Below, one piece after another: positions 1 through 12,694 of a DNA stretch of 64,000 nucleotides. The stretch covers positions 9,438 to 73,437 of the forward strand of contig NIVC01000015.1 of the NCBI GenBank assembly GCA_002269645.1. Direction: 5' to 3'. Source of the DNA: Macrostomum lignano. Lineage: Eukaryota. The notes beneath the pieces are model-generated. The model saw only the letters and a program-made list of their open reading frames with translations, was not told the origin of the DNA and ran no database searches. A program made the position numbers and the translations under genes. Numbering within the stretch: the stretch's first letter is position 1; the number at the start of each line of letters is the position of its first letter.

Positions 1-180
1 CACTGGGTCAGGGGAGTCACACTGGGTCAGGGTAATCACACTGGGTCAGGGGAGTCACATTGGGTCAGGAGAGTCACATCGGGGTCAGGGGAGTCGCATT
101 GGGATCAGGGGAGTCACTCCGGGGTCAGGGGAGTCACACTGGATCAGGGGAGTCACATTGGGGTCAGGGGAGTCACATTG
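1..180. repeat. About 20-bp minisatellite CACTGGGTCAGGGGAGTCA
   Basis: Direct tandem copies at the window start. Confidence 0.85.
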
Positions 181-471
181 AACCCAGAGAGGTTAAATTT
201 GGGGGTCCAACTTGTGTTCACGGGATGGCACAGGTATCGCAGAGTGGATCAACAATAAATTTGGCAACTAGCATTCTAAAGCTTCCAGTCCGGAATGCTA
301 CAACCAAGGACTTCGTATAGATGTCCATGCCAGGGTTGGCCAATAAGCGATCGTCACTCAAATAGCTTAAATAAGCAAGCAATATTGCCGCAGAAGGCAG
401 CCTGTCTTGCAGTCCTGCAGCTTGTCAAGCAAACTTCTCTGCAATCTCGCCTACAAACGGAATCCCCCAGC

Positions 472-3400
472 ATGCAGGAGGAGTTCAACTGCCTGACCGT
501 CAACGCCACCGAGTACACCGACCTGCTGCACATTGAATCGCTTCGACTGTCGCTGGCGGCCATCTGGGTGGCCGTGGGGCTGGCCATGTTTGTCGGCAAC
601 CTGCTGGTCATTGGGTCCATCGCTGCCTACAGGGCGATGCGGACCGTGACCAACTGCTACATTCTGAACCTGGCCATCACGGATCTGCTCGTGTCCGTCA
701 TTGTCCTGCCGCTGAAGGGAGTCCAACTGCTGGGACCCTGCTGGCTGTCCGCCAAGATCTTCAACTCGCTTGGCTGCGCTGTGGTCACCTTCTTCCTGAT
801 GCTGCTGGTGTTCACCAGCCTGCTCACTCTGGTGGTCATCTCGCTGGAGCGGTGAGGAAAATCTGCCCCCCCCCTATAATTAGGCGCCACAGACAAACAC
901 CTAATCAGGCATCACTGAGACAGACACCTAATTAGGCATCACTGAGACAGACACCTAATTAGGCATCACTGAGACAGACACCTAATTAGGCATCACTGAG
1001 ACAGACACCTAATCAGGCATCACTGAGACAGACACCTAATCAGGCATCACTGAGACAGACACCTAATTAGGCATCACTGAGACAGAAACCTAATTAGGCG
1101 CCACTGAGACAGACACCTAATTAGGCGCCACTGAGACAGACACCTAATCAGGCATCACTGAGACAGACTCCTAATTAGGCATCACTGAGACAGACACCTA
1201 ATTAGGCATCACTGAGACAGACACCTAATCAGGCATCACTGAGACAGACACCTAATTAGGCATCACTGAGACAGAAACCTAATTAGGCGCCACTGAGACA
1301 GACACCTAATTAGGCGCCACTGAGACAGACACCTAATTAGGCATCACTGAGACAGACACCAAATTAAGCGCCACTGAGACAGACACCTAATTAGGCATCA
1401 CTGAGACAGACACCTAATTAGGCATCACTGAGACAGACACCTAATTAGGCGCCACTGAGACAGACACCTAATCAGGCATCACTGAGACAGACACCTAATT
1501 AGGCATCACTGAGACAGACACCTAATCAGGCATCACTGAGACAGACACCTAATTAGGCATCACTGAGACAGAAACCTAATTAGGCATCACTGAGACAGAC
1601 ACCTAATTAGGCATCACTGAGACAGACACCTAATTAGGCATCACTGAGACAGACACCTAATCAGGCATCACTGAGACAGACACCTAATCAGGCATCACTG
1701 AGACAGACACCTAATTAGGCATCACTGAGACAGAAACCTAATTAGGCGCCACTGAGACAGACACCTAATTAGGCGCCACTGAGACAGACACCTAATTAGG
1801 CATCACTGAGACAGACACCTAATTAGGCATTACTGAGACAGACACCTTATTAAGCATCACTAAAACAGACACCTAATTAGGCATCACTGAGACAGACACC
1901 TAATTAGGCATCACTGAGACAGACACCTAATCAGACATCACTGAGACAGACACCTAATTAGGCATCACTGAGACAGACACCTAATCAGGCATCACTGAGA
2001 CAGACACCTAATTAGGCGCCACTGAGACAGACATAAAATAAAGCGCCACTGAGACAGAAACCTAATTAGGCGCCACAGAGACAGACACCAAATTAAGCGC
2101 CACTGAGACAGACACCTAATTAGGCACCACTGAGTGAGACAGACACCTAATTAGGCAACACTCACTAAGTGAGACAGACACCTAATTAGGCATCACTCAG
2201 ACAGACAGCTAATCAGACATCACTGAGACAGACACCTAATTAGGCGCCACTGAGACAGACACCTAATTAGGCATCACTGAGACAGACACCTAATTAGGCA
2301 TCACTGAGACAGATACCTAATCAGGCATCACTGAGACAGACACCTAATTAGGCACCACTAAGTGAGACAGACACTTAATTAGGCACCACTGAGTGAGACA
2401 GACAACTAATTAGGCACCACTCACTAAGTGAGACAGACACCTAATTAGGCACCACTGAGTGAGACAGACACATAATTAGGCAACACTCACTAAGTGAGAC
2501 AGACACCTAATTAGGCGCCACTGAGACAGGCACCTAACTAGGCATCGATTTATTCCCGCTGATCACGTGACTTTCCGCGCCTCTCCGCCCACGCAGCTTC
2601 CTGGCCATCGTGCACCCGCTGCGCAGCCTGATGTTCCAGTCGCGCAGTCGCACCGGCCTCTTCATCCTGCTCACCTGGAGTCTGCCGTCCGCATTCTGCC
2701 TGGTGCAGGCCTTCCACCCTGCCGCGGTGCCGTTCCACGGCTCCAGCCGTTACGGCAGCCTGCGCAATCAGCACTGCCTGGACAGCTTCAGCCAGGCCGG
2801 CCGCACCGCCTATGTGATGACGTCATTCGCTCTGCTGTTCCTCTGCCCGCTGGCCGTGGTGATCTTCACCTCTGGCGCCATCATCAGGGCGCTCATGCGG
2901 CCGGCGCCTGGCGAAGAGGGCGCCGTTGGCGGGGCGCCCCAGTCCGGAACTCAGGCCAGGGAGGAGAACAAAAGAAAGGTGGGTTTGACTGCGTGGGTTG
3001 TTCTTTGTGGGTTGGGCTGTGTGGGTTAGTCTGTGTGGGTTTGGCTGTGTGGGTTATTCTTTGTGGGTTATTCTTTGTGGGTTGGGCTGTGTGGGTTGGT
3101 CTGTGTGGGTTTGGCTGTGTGGGTTATTCTTTGTGGGTTTGGCTGTGTGGGTTTGGCTGTGTGGGTTTGGCTGTGTGGGTTATTCTTTGCGGGTTTGGCT
3201 GTGTGGGTTATTCTTTGTGGGTTATTCTTTGTGGGTTGGGGCTGTGTGGGTTGGTCTGTGTGGGTTTGGCTGTGTGGGTTATTCTTTGTGGGTTGTTCTT
3301 TGTGGGTTGGGCTGTGTGGGTTATTCTTTGTGGGTTTGGCTGTGTGGGTTGGTCTGTGTGGGTTTGGCTGTGTGGGTTATTCTTTGTGGGTTTGGCTGTG

Positions 3401-6400
3401 TGGGTTATTCTTTGTGGGTTATTCTTTGTGGGTTGGGCTGTGTGGGTTGGTCTGTGTGGGTTTGGCTGTGTGGGTTATTCTTTGTGTGTTGTTCTTTGTG
3501 GGTTGGGCTGTGTGGGTTGGTCTGTGTGGGTTTGGCTGTGTGGGTTATTCTTTGTGGGTTTGGCTGTGTGGGTTATTCTTTGTGGGTTGGTCTGTGTGGG
3601 TCATTCTTTGTGGGTTTGGCTGTGTGGGTTTGGCTGTGTGGGTTGGTCTGTGTGGGTTTGGCTGTGTGGGTTATTCTTTGTGGGTTGGGCTGTGTGGGTT
3701 GGTCTGTGTGGGTTTGGCTGTGTGGGTTATTCTTTGTGGGTTTGGCTGTGTGGGTTATTCTTTGCGGGTTTGGCTGTGTGGGTTTGGCTGTGTGGGTTGG
3801 TCTGTGTGGGTTTGGCTGTGTGGGTTATTCTTTGCGGGTTTGGCTGTGTGGGTTTGGCTGTGTGGGTTGGTCTGTGTGGGTTTGGCTGTTTGGGTTTTTC
3901 TTTGTGGGTTTGGCTGTGTGGGTTATTCTTTGCGGGTTTGGCTGTGTGGGTTTGGCTGTGTGGGTTGTTCCTTGTGGGTTTGGCTGTTTGGATTGGGCTG
4001 TGTGGGCTGGTCTTTGTTTGTTTGGCTGTGTGGGTTGTTTTTCGTGGGTTGGGCTGTGTGTATTGTTCTTCGTGGATTGGGCTGCGTGGGCTGGGCTGTG
4101 TGGGTTGTTCTTTGTGGGCTGGGCTGTGTTAACCGCTCTTTGTAACACTGTGAGCTGTAACTTCTTCGAACTCCCGGGCAGTTAATCAGTGATCATCAAT
4201 CCTGGCTCAATCTTTGCAGAAACCATTTAAACTGCAGACCAATGAGCTCAATCTCTAAGACAGCAGATTTGCTGGGTAGAAAGAGATTAGCGACCAGTCG
4301 CGCAGACTGACCCCAGAGCTTTGCAAAATTTATTCTTCAATTACTGGAATTCTGCCGCTCCTCAACCGAAGCAACGGGAGGGCTGGGGTCTGGCCAGATA
4401 AGTCAACACTCTGCGCTGGAATGCAGATCCTTGAGGCCGGCTTCAGAGCTTTGTCTAGAGGGAGGGGCAGTCTGGGCTGAGGGGATTAAGGACACGACTG
4501 TTGGTTTTGGGAGTCTCACAACCGGCAGCTGCTTTGGTGAGAGGGAGAGAGAGCTGAAATAAGAAATTGTGGACAATGCAGATTTAAGATTGACTGCGAG
4601 AGAAATATATTAGAGAATGCAAATGGAGAGGGAGGCAGAGAGAAAGTGAGCGTGAGAGAAGGGGAGAGAGAGGGAGAAATGGAGATTGGGGGAGAAAGGG
4701 AGAGGGAGAAGGAAATAAGGAGAGAGGGGAGAGAGAGAAAGGGGAGAGAGAGAGGGGAGAGAGAGAAAGGGGAGAGAGAGAGGGGAGAGAGAGAAAGGGG
4801 AGAGAGAGAGGGGGAGAGGGAGAAAGGGGAGAGGGAGAGAGAGGGAGAGGGGAGAGAGAGAGAGAGAGGGGAGAGAGAGAGAGGGGAGAGAGAGGGGAGG
4901 GGAGAGGGAGAGAGAGAGTAGAGAGGGGGGAGAGGGGAGAGAGAAGGAGGAGAGGGGAGAGAGAGGGGGAGGGGAGAGAGAGGGGGGAGAGGGGAGAGAG
5001 AGGGGGAGAGGGGAGAGAGAGAGGGAGGGGAGAGAGGGGGAGAGGGAGAGAGAGGGGGGAGAGGGGAGAGAGAGAGAGGGAGGGGAGAGAGGGGGAGAGG
5101 AGAGGAGAGAGGGGGGAGAGGGGAGAGAGAAGGAGGAGAGGGAGAGAGAGGGGGAGGGGAGAGAGGGGGGGAGAGGAGAGGAGAGAGGGGGAGAGGGGAG
5201 AGAGAAGGAGGAGAGGGGAGAGAGAGGGGGAGGGGAGAGAGGGGGGAGAGGAGAGGAGAGAGGGGGAGAGGGGAGAGAGAGAGGGAGAGAGAGAGGGGAG
5301 AGAGAGGGGGGAGAGAGAGAGAGAGAGAGGTAGGGGAGAGAGGGGGAGAGGGGATAGAGAGGGGTGGGGAGAGAGAGGGGGAGAGGGGAGAGAGAGGGGG
5401 TAGAGGGGAGAGAGAGAGAGGGAGGGGAGAGAGGGGGAAAGGGGAGAGAGAGGGAGAGAGCTAACAAAGAAAAGAGGGCACAGCAGAAAGCGGGCAATTT
5501 AGTAAACCGATGCCTCTCAAGGGGCTGAAGGCTGGGGGCAGAATTAATCTCAGAGCTGGGCCAGAGTAATTAAAAACACGAGAAGTCCAAGCCAATTGGG
5601 ACCCCGCGGCCACAGTATCCAGACTCAACTTCAAAGCTCTCCATCCACCGCCAGCCAGTCATCTTGAGCAGCAGCTCGTGACGGGCTTGAGTCTTTTTTC
5701 GCATATTTTTCTGAGAATTCGATGTGCACCGCTCAGCCCCAATAATTATCAGTATTCTGTTTTATATTCTGCCGGATTAATTACCTTACCTTCTCTTTAA
5801 TCTCTAGGAAAATTTCCTTTTCGATAATTTCTGATAAATATTGATAGTATCTCCTAAAGGTTTTCTACATGAAAGTCAATATGAAACTTGTTATTGCAGA
5901 GACTGTTTTCCATTTTGGAAGTAACGTAGCCAACCATATTTTCACTTTGATAAACTTATATCCAAGGTAGATTCGAATATCACTCTCAGGTAGATTCGAA
6001 TATCACTCTCAGGTAGATTCGAATATCACTCTCAGGTAGATTCGAATTTCACTCTCAGGTAGATTCAAACATCACTCTCAGGTAGATTCGAATGTCAATC
6101 TCAGGTAGATTCAAACATCACTCTCAGGTAGATTCGAATATCACTGTCAGGTAGATTCGAATATCACTCTCAGGTAGATTCGAATGTCAATCTCAGGTAG
6201 ATTCGAATATCACTCTCAGGTAGATTCAAACATCACTCTCAGGTAGATTCGAATGTCAATCTCAGGTAGATTCGAATATCACTCTCAGGTAGATTCGAAC
6301 ATCACTCTCAGGTAGATTCGAACATCACTCTTAGCTAGATTCGAATGTCAATCTCAGGTAGATTCGAATATCACTCTCAGGTAGATTCGAACATCACTCT

Positions 6401-7002
6401 CAGGTAGATTCGAACATCACTCTTAGCTAGATTCGAATATCACTCTCAGGTAGATTCGAATATCACTCTCAGGTAGATACGAATATCACTCTCAGATAGA
6501 TTCGAATATCATTCTCAGGTAGATTCGAATATCATTCTCAGGTAGATTCGAATATCACTCTCAGGTAGACTTAAGAAAGCTCTCGTTTCCCTACACAGGT
6601 GGCCAAGATGATCGTGGTGGTCGCCTGTCTCTACCTGGTGTCCTGGGTGCCCTGGTACTCGGTGAACCTGACCGGCCTATTCTACACCGACTTATTCAAC
6701 GAGAACTTCACCTTTCTGATGGCCCTGCTGCACCTGGTTGGTTTCGTGAATTCCACAGCCAACCCCATCGTGTACTACTTCATGTCGCAGCGGTTCGCGA
6801 GTGCTACCACCGGCTGCTGGCCAGCCTCTGCTGCGGCCGCTGGGACCCGACCGCGGCCGCCGCGCCGGCCGCCTCGCTGGCTACTGGCAACGGCGGAGCT
6901 CGAATCACCGGGACGACGCCCGGTCGCGTCGAGTCAGTTGCTATGCGACCGTTGCTAAGCAAATCCTCTCGGCCGATTGTTGCCACGCAGAGCTGCGTGT
7001 GA
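472..7002 (+). CDS. Class A (rhodopsin-like) GPCR, neuropeptide-receptor type; 3 exons 472-851, 2597-2978, 6599-7002 (about 388 aa after correcting one frameshift)
   Basis: TM1 GNLLV, TM2 NLAITDLL, TM3 ER|FLAIVHP joined across a phase-2 intron (CG|GTGAGG...CGCAG|C), TM4 W, ECL2 Cys, TM5 LCPLAVV, KRK|VAKM phase-0 junction (AAG|GTGGGT...ACAG|GTG), TM6 SWVPW, TM7 NPIVY. A -1 shift at about 6796 restores RECYHRLLASLCC and a stop at 7000-7002. Ligand family not assignable. Confidence 0.9.
877..2545. repeat. 27-bp minisatellite ACACCTAATTAGGCATCACTGAGACAG (GPCR intron 1)
   Basis: About 60 tandem copies filling almost the whole intron. Confidence 0.95.
2979..4130. repeat. 14-bp minisatellite GTGGGTTTGGCTGT / GTGGGTTATTCTTT (GPCR intron 2)
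   Basis: About 80 units; the first starts exactly at the 5' splice site. Confidence 0.95.
4624..5460. repeat. GA-rich simple repeat
   Basis: Near-pure purine tract. Confidence 0.9.
5965..6570. repeat. 23-bp minisatellite AGGTAGATTCGAATATCACTCTC
   Basis: About 26 tandem copies ending about 30 nt before the exon 3 acceptor. Confidence 0.95.
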
Positions 7003-7013
7003 GAGGCAATGAA

Positions 7014-7019
7014 AATAAA
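7014..7019 (+). promoter_or_regulatory. Candidate polyadenylation signal of the GPCR gene
   Basis: AATAAA 11 nt after the corrected stop codon, followed by AT-rich sequence. Confidence 0.45.
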
Positions 7020-7483
7020 CAGGTTTTAATTGTGGCAGCTGACACCAATGTGAACTTCTTCGGTGGTGTAACTGCTATAAATAAATACAATGGATTGCTA
7101 ATCTATCCAATATCGTTATAAATGAATAGAAATGGATTGCTAGTCTAGTCTAAATGAATAAAAACATCAGTTCTACATCGAGAATGATGATTTCTTCATG
7201 CTTAACTTAATAGCCCTTTCCATCAATGTATTATGCAATGCTTATTAAACATTTCCCGAACGTTGAACCTCTTATTTAAGTTTTCGTGCGCATTCCCTGC
7301 CCGTCAGTTTAAAACAAATGCTTAAATCTGTTAAAGTTAAACAAATAAATTGTTTAGAATGAGAAACTGCATCTGAACTTTAGTTGTGATCATTTATGAA
7401 TGAATGACCAGCTTTATAGATCGCATCAACGCGGTGTCTTTCATAAAGATAATTATGTTTGCATGTAGCTCTTCGCATTCTCA

Positions 7484-8325
7484 TGTAGCTCCCTACAACC
7501 CTACAACCCTACAATCTCAGGTAGCTCCCTACAGCCCTACAACCCTACAATCTCAGGTAGCTCCCTACAGCCCTACAACCCTACAATCTCAGGTAGCTCC
7601 CTATAGCCCTACAACCCTACAATCTCAGGTAGCTCCCTACAACCCTACAACCCTACAATCTCAGGTAGCTCCCTACAACCCTACAACCCTACAATCTCAG
7701 GTAGCTCCCTACAACCCTACAACCCTACTATCTCAGGTAGCTCCCTACAACCCTACAACCCTACAATCTCAGGTAGCTCCCTACAACCCTACAATCTCAG
7801 GTAGCTCCCTACAACCCTACAACCTTACAATCTCAGGTAGCTCCCTACAACCCTACAATCTCAGGTAGCTCCCTACAACCCTACAACCTTACAATCTCAG
7901 GTAGCTCCCTACAACCCTACAATCTCAGGTAGCTCCCTACAACCCTACAACCTTACAATCTCAGGTAGCTCCCTACAACCCTACAACCCTACAATCTCAG
8001 GTAGCTCCCTACAACCCTACAATCTCAGATAGCTCCCTACAACCCTACAACCCTACAATCTCAGGTAGCTCCCTACAACCCTACAACCCTACAATCTCAG
8101 GTAGCTCCCTACAACCCTACAATCTCAGGTAGCTCCCTACAACCCTACAACCCTACAATCTCAGATAGCTTCCTACAACCCTACAACCCTACAATCTCAG
8201 GTAGCTCCCTACAACCCTACAATCTCAGGTAGCTCCCTACAACCCTACAATCTCAGGTAGCTCCCTACAACCCTACAACCCTACAATCTCAGGTAGCTCC
8301 CTACAACCCTACAACCCTACAACCT
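7484..8325. repeat. 28/35-bp composite minisatellite (CTACAAC)n + AATCTCAGGTAGCTCC
   Basis: Tandem copies with a variable number of 7-bp subunits. Confidence 0.92.
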
Positions 8326-8934
8326 CAATAACCCAACGTGCTCAAGCAGTTGCTGTCAGATTCCCATAGGACTCCGCGCAAACTACAGTCTGCAGACAAA
8401 TTCTGCTAACCACAGACTCAGTGCAGCCTCCCTCCGCCTCAGCCCCATCTATCTCAGCTGCCACCGACCCCATCCTCTATCCAGTCGATAATTCAGTTTT
8501 GCCTGCCTGACTGCCCGGAGAATAAATGAGGTCTGCTGGGCGGCAGCTGAAGAGGGCGTGATGAAGGGCCCATAGCCTAAAATCAGCAGATTCTCTCCCT
8601 CATCCTGTCTCACTATTCTCTCCTTTGCTTTAACCCTTGATTTTCACGTGTTTCGCTGCACGCCTATCAGCTTAGCCAAGGATGTCAATCCCTGTCCTGC
8701 TAGGTAAATTGGACCCGACATTGCCGCACCTGTCGTGGGCCTAACTAACCTGCTCAGAATGAATCTTATTGAATTAAAGCCAGGCATTCGTCATCCATAG
8801 ATCTTAATTTAATTATGCGGAGAGATCACGGCCGCGACTTTCTTTTTTGAGATCATTGCAGGCCACCTAGGACCCCGAAATTTACATGTAAAACTTGTTC
8901 AGTTCAAGCCAACCTCCTACAACCAATAATGCAC

Positions 8935-9685
8935 ATGTAGAATGTACAGTGTGAGCCGAACCCCTTCGCCCAAGTGTACATACAGAATGTACAGTGTGAG
9001 CCGATCCCCTTCCCCCGAGTGTACATACAGAATGTACAGTGTGAACCGATCACCTTCCCCCGAGTGTACATACATAATTTACAGTGTGAGCCGAACCCCT
9101 TCCCCCAAGTGTACATACAGAATGTACAGTGTGAGCCGAACCCCTTCCCCCAAGTGTATATGTACATACAGAATGTACAGTGTGAGCCGAACCCCTTCCC
9201 CCAAGTGTATATGTACATACAGAATGTACAGTGTGAGCCGAACCCCTTCCCCAAGTGTATATGTACATACAGAATGTACAGTGTGAGCCGAACCCCTTCC
9301 CCAAGTGTATATGTACATACAGAATGTACAGTGTGAGCCGAACCCATTCCCCAAGTGTATATGTACATACACAATGTACAGTGTGAGCCGAACCCCTTCC
9401 CCCAAGTGTATATGTACATACAGAATGTACAGTGTGAGCCGAACCCCTTCCCCAAGTGTATATGTACATACAGAATGTACAGTGTGAGCCGAACCCATTC
9501 CCCAAGTGTATATGTACATACAGAATGTACAGTGTGAGCCGAACCCCTTCCCCAAGTGTATATGTACATACAGAATGTACAGTGTGAGCCGAACCCCTTC
9601 CCCAAGTGTATATGTACATACAGAATGTACAGTGTGAGCCGAACCCCTTCCCCCAAATGTATATGTACATACAGAATGTACAGCA
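8935..9685. repeat. 45-51-bp minisatellite ...GTACATACAGAATGTACAGTGTGAGCCGAACCCCTTCCCCAAGTG
   Basis: About 15 tandem copies. Confidence 0.92.
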
Positions 9686-10070
9686 CAAGGCAACCCCCTT
9701 CCTTTTTCAGTTGCACATGTGCATAATACCACAACCCTAAAAGTACAGTGTTAGGGAAGTCAAAACTAATCTTCATTGTGTGGAAAGTTGAAAGCCTGAG
9801 CCTTCACGGCATCATTTATGCAGCGAACAATGCAGAGAGTAAAAAAGCGAATGCTACACTGCGTAGTCTGACAGAGTGAAAAGCGGTGAAATTTAAACGC
9901 ATTGCAAACTATGAAAGAATGTTGAACTAGCAATTTCGTGGTGCCCAGAGTGCCGAGATCCAGGCACTGCACTGACTGGCTGACAAACTGATATAATGCA
10001 TCTTCAGGCATGGTGGCCAGGGCGCTGAGAGGATGTCGAGCGGTTTGTGAAGCAGCGCGCATAATGTACG

Positions 10071-11553
10071 AGCTCTAGCATGAGCTGATGAGCACTAGCA
10101 TGAGCTGATGAGCTCTAGCATGAGCTGATGAGCACTAGCATGAGCTGATGAGCTCTAGCATGAGCTGATGAGCACTAGCATGAGCTGATGAGCACTAGCA
10201 TGAGCTGATGAGCACTAGCATGAGCTGATGAGCACTAGCATGAGCTGATGAGCACTAGCATGAGCTGATGAGCACTAGCATGAGCTGATGAGAACTAGCA
10301 TGAGCTGATGAGCTCTAGCATGAGCTGATGAGCACTAGCATGAGCTGATGAGCACTAGCATGAGCTGATGAGCACTAGCATGAGCTGATAAGAACTAGCA
10401 TGAGCTGATGAGCACTAGCATGAGCTGATGAGCACTAGCATGAGCTGATGAGCACTAGCATGAGCTGATGAGCACTAGCATGAGCTGATGAGCACTAGCA
10501 TGAGCTGATGAGCACTAGCATGAGCTGATGAGCTCTAGCATGAGCTGATGAGCACTAGCATGAGCTGATGAGCTCTAGCATGAGCTGATGAGCACTAGCA
10601 TGAGCTGATGAGCACTAGCATGAGCTGATGAGCACTAGCATGAGCTGATGAGAACTAGCATGAGCTGATGAGCTCTAGCATGAGCTGATGAGCACTAGCA
10701 TGAGCTGATGAGCACTAGCATGAGCTGATGAGCACTAGCATGAGCTGATAAGAACTAGCATGAGCTGATGAGCACTAGCATGAGCTGATGAGCACTAGCA
10801 TGAGCTGATGAGCACTAGCATGAGCTGATGAGCACTAGCATGAGCTGATGAGCACTAGCATGAGCTGATGAGCACTAGCATGAGCTGATGAGCTCTAGCA
10901 TGAGCTGATGAGCACTAGCATGAGCTGATGAGCTCTAGCATGAGCTGATGAGCACTAGCATGAGCTGATGAGCACTAGCATGAGCTGATGAGCACTAGCA
11001 TGAGCTGATGAGCACTAGCATGAGCTGATGAGCACTAGCATGAGCTGATGAGCACTAGCATGAGCTGATGAGAACTAGCATGAGCTGATGAGCTCTAGCA
11101 TGAGCTGATGAGCACTAGCATGAGCTGATGAGCACTAGCATGAGCTGATGAGCACTAGCATGAGCTGATAAGAACTAGCATGAGCTGATGAGCACTAGCA
11201 TGAGCTGATGAGCACTAGCATGAGCTGATGAGCACTAGCATGAGCTGATGAGCACTAGCATGAGCTGATGAGCACTAGCATGAGCTGATGAGCACTAGCA
11301 TGAGCTGATGAGCACTAGCATGAGCTGATGAGCACTAGCATGAGCTGATGAGAACTAGCATGAGCTGATGAGCTCTAGCATGAGCTGATGAGCACTAGCA
11401 TGAGCTGATGAGCACTAGCATGAGCTGATGAGCACTAGCATGAGCTGATGAGCACTAGCATGAGCTGATGAGCACTAGCATGAGCTGATGAGCACTAGCA
11501 TGAGCTGATGAGCACTAGCATGAGCTGATGAGCACTAGCATGAGCTGATGAGC
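10071..11553. repeat. 20-bp minisatellite AGCACTAGCATGAGCTGATG
   Basis: About 74 copies; variant units recur in blocks 280-420 bp apart. Confidence 0.95.
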
Positions 11554-11964
11554 AGACAAAGTCGCACTGTCTGTAGTGTAGCACAGTGATATTAATTGAT
11601 ATCGCTAACTTTCTGTGTAAAAGTCTTTTGAAGAGCCGCTAGTCCAAATTCTAGTTCAAGTAGTCCTTGATTCAGTCCAACACATGCTTCTCCGACTGTC
11701 GGCAAAACATTGCCGATTTTCCTCACTAGCAGGTATCGCAGATGTCCATTGCAGTTTTAGAGGAATATCAAGTACACCTGGGGGGGAAGTGAACATCCTG
11801 ATGCTGGACCAAGGGTAACAGCTCTGCATCAGTTGCTGTCGCACCTCTGTCGGACTGAAGAGCCAAATTATGTGCGCCAGGTCAGACGCAAACAGGAACT
11901 GACATAATGGAGAAGTTTCGCCTCTCTCTCTCTCTCTCCCTCTCTCTCTCTCTCTCCCTCTCTC

Positions 11965-12000
<36 letters not shown>

Positions 12001-12109
12001 CCCCTCTCTCTCTCTCTCTCCACCTCACCTGTACTTTTAAAAGTGCGAGCAGCTTTTGTGGCGGAAAATGATTGAATCGTCATTGCGGTGGGCCATAAGT
12101 AATACCTGT

Positions 12110-12694
12110 GCCAATACCCCAATGCCTCTCCCGATACCCCAATGCCTCTCCCGATACCCCAATACCTCTCCCGATACCCCAATACCTCTCCGGATACCCC
12201 AATACCTCTCCCGATACCCCAATACCTCTCCCGATACCCCAATACCTCTCCCGATACCCCAATACCTCTCCCGATACCCCAATACCTCTCCCGATACCCC
12301 AATACCTCTCCCGATACCCCAATACCTCTCCCGATACCCCAATACCTCTCCCGATACCCCAATACCTCTCCCGATACTCCAATACCTCTCCCGATACCCC
12401 AATACCTCTCCCGATACCCCAATACCTCTCCCGATACCCCAATACCTCTCCCGATACCCCAATACCTCTCCCGATACCCCAATACCTCTCCCGATACTCC
12501 AATACCTCTCCCGATACCCCAATACCTCTCCCGATACCCCAATACCTCTCCCGATACCCCAATACCTCTCCCGATACCCCAATATCTCTCCCGATACCCC
12601 AATATCTCTCCCGATACCCCAATACCTCTCCCGATACCCCAATACCTCTCCCGATACCCCAATACCTCTCCCGATACCCCAATACCTCTCCCGA
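12110..12694. repeat. 20-bp minisatellite CCCGATACCCCAATACCTCT
   Basis: About 29 tandem copies. Confidence 0.95.

Noticed and set aside
2567-4185. Long Cys/Val/Gly/Trp-rich ORFs (370-521 aa)
   Set aside because: Read-through of the stop-free 14-bp intronic minisatellite; only 2597-2978 is coding.
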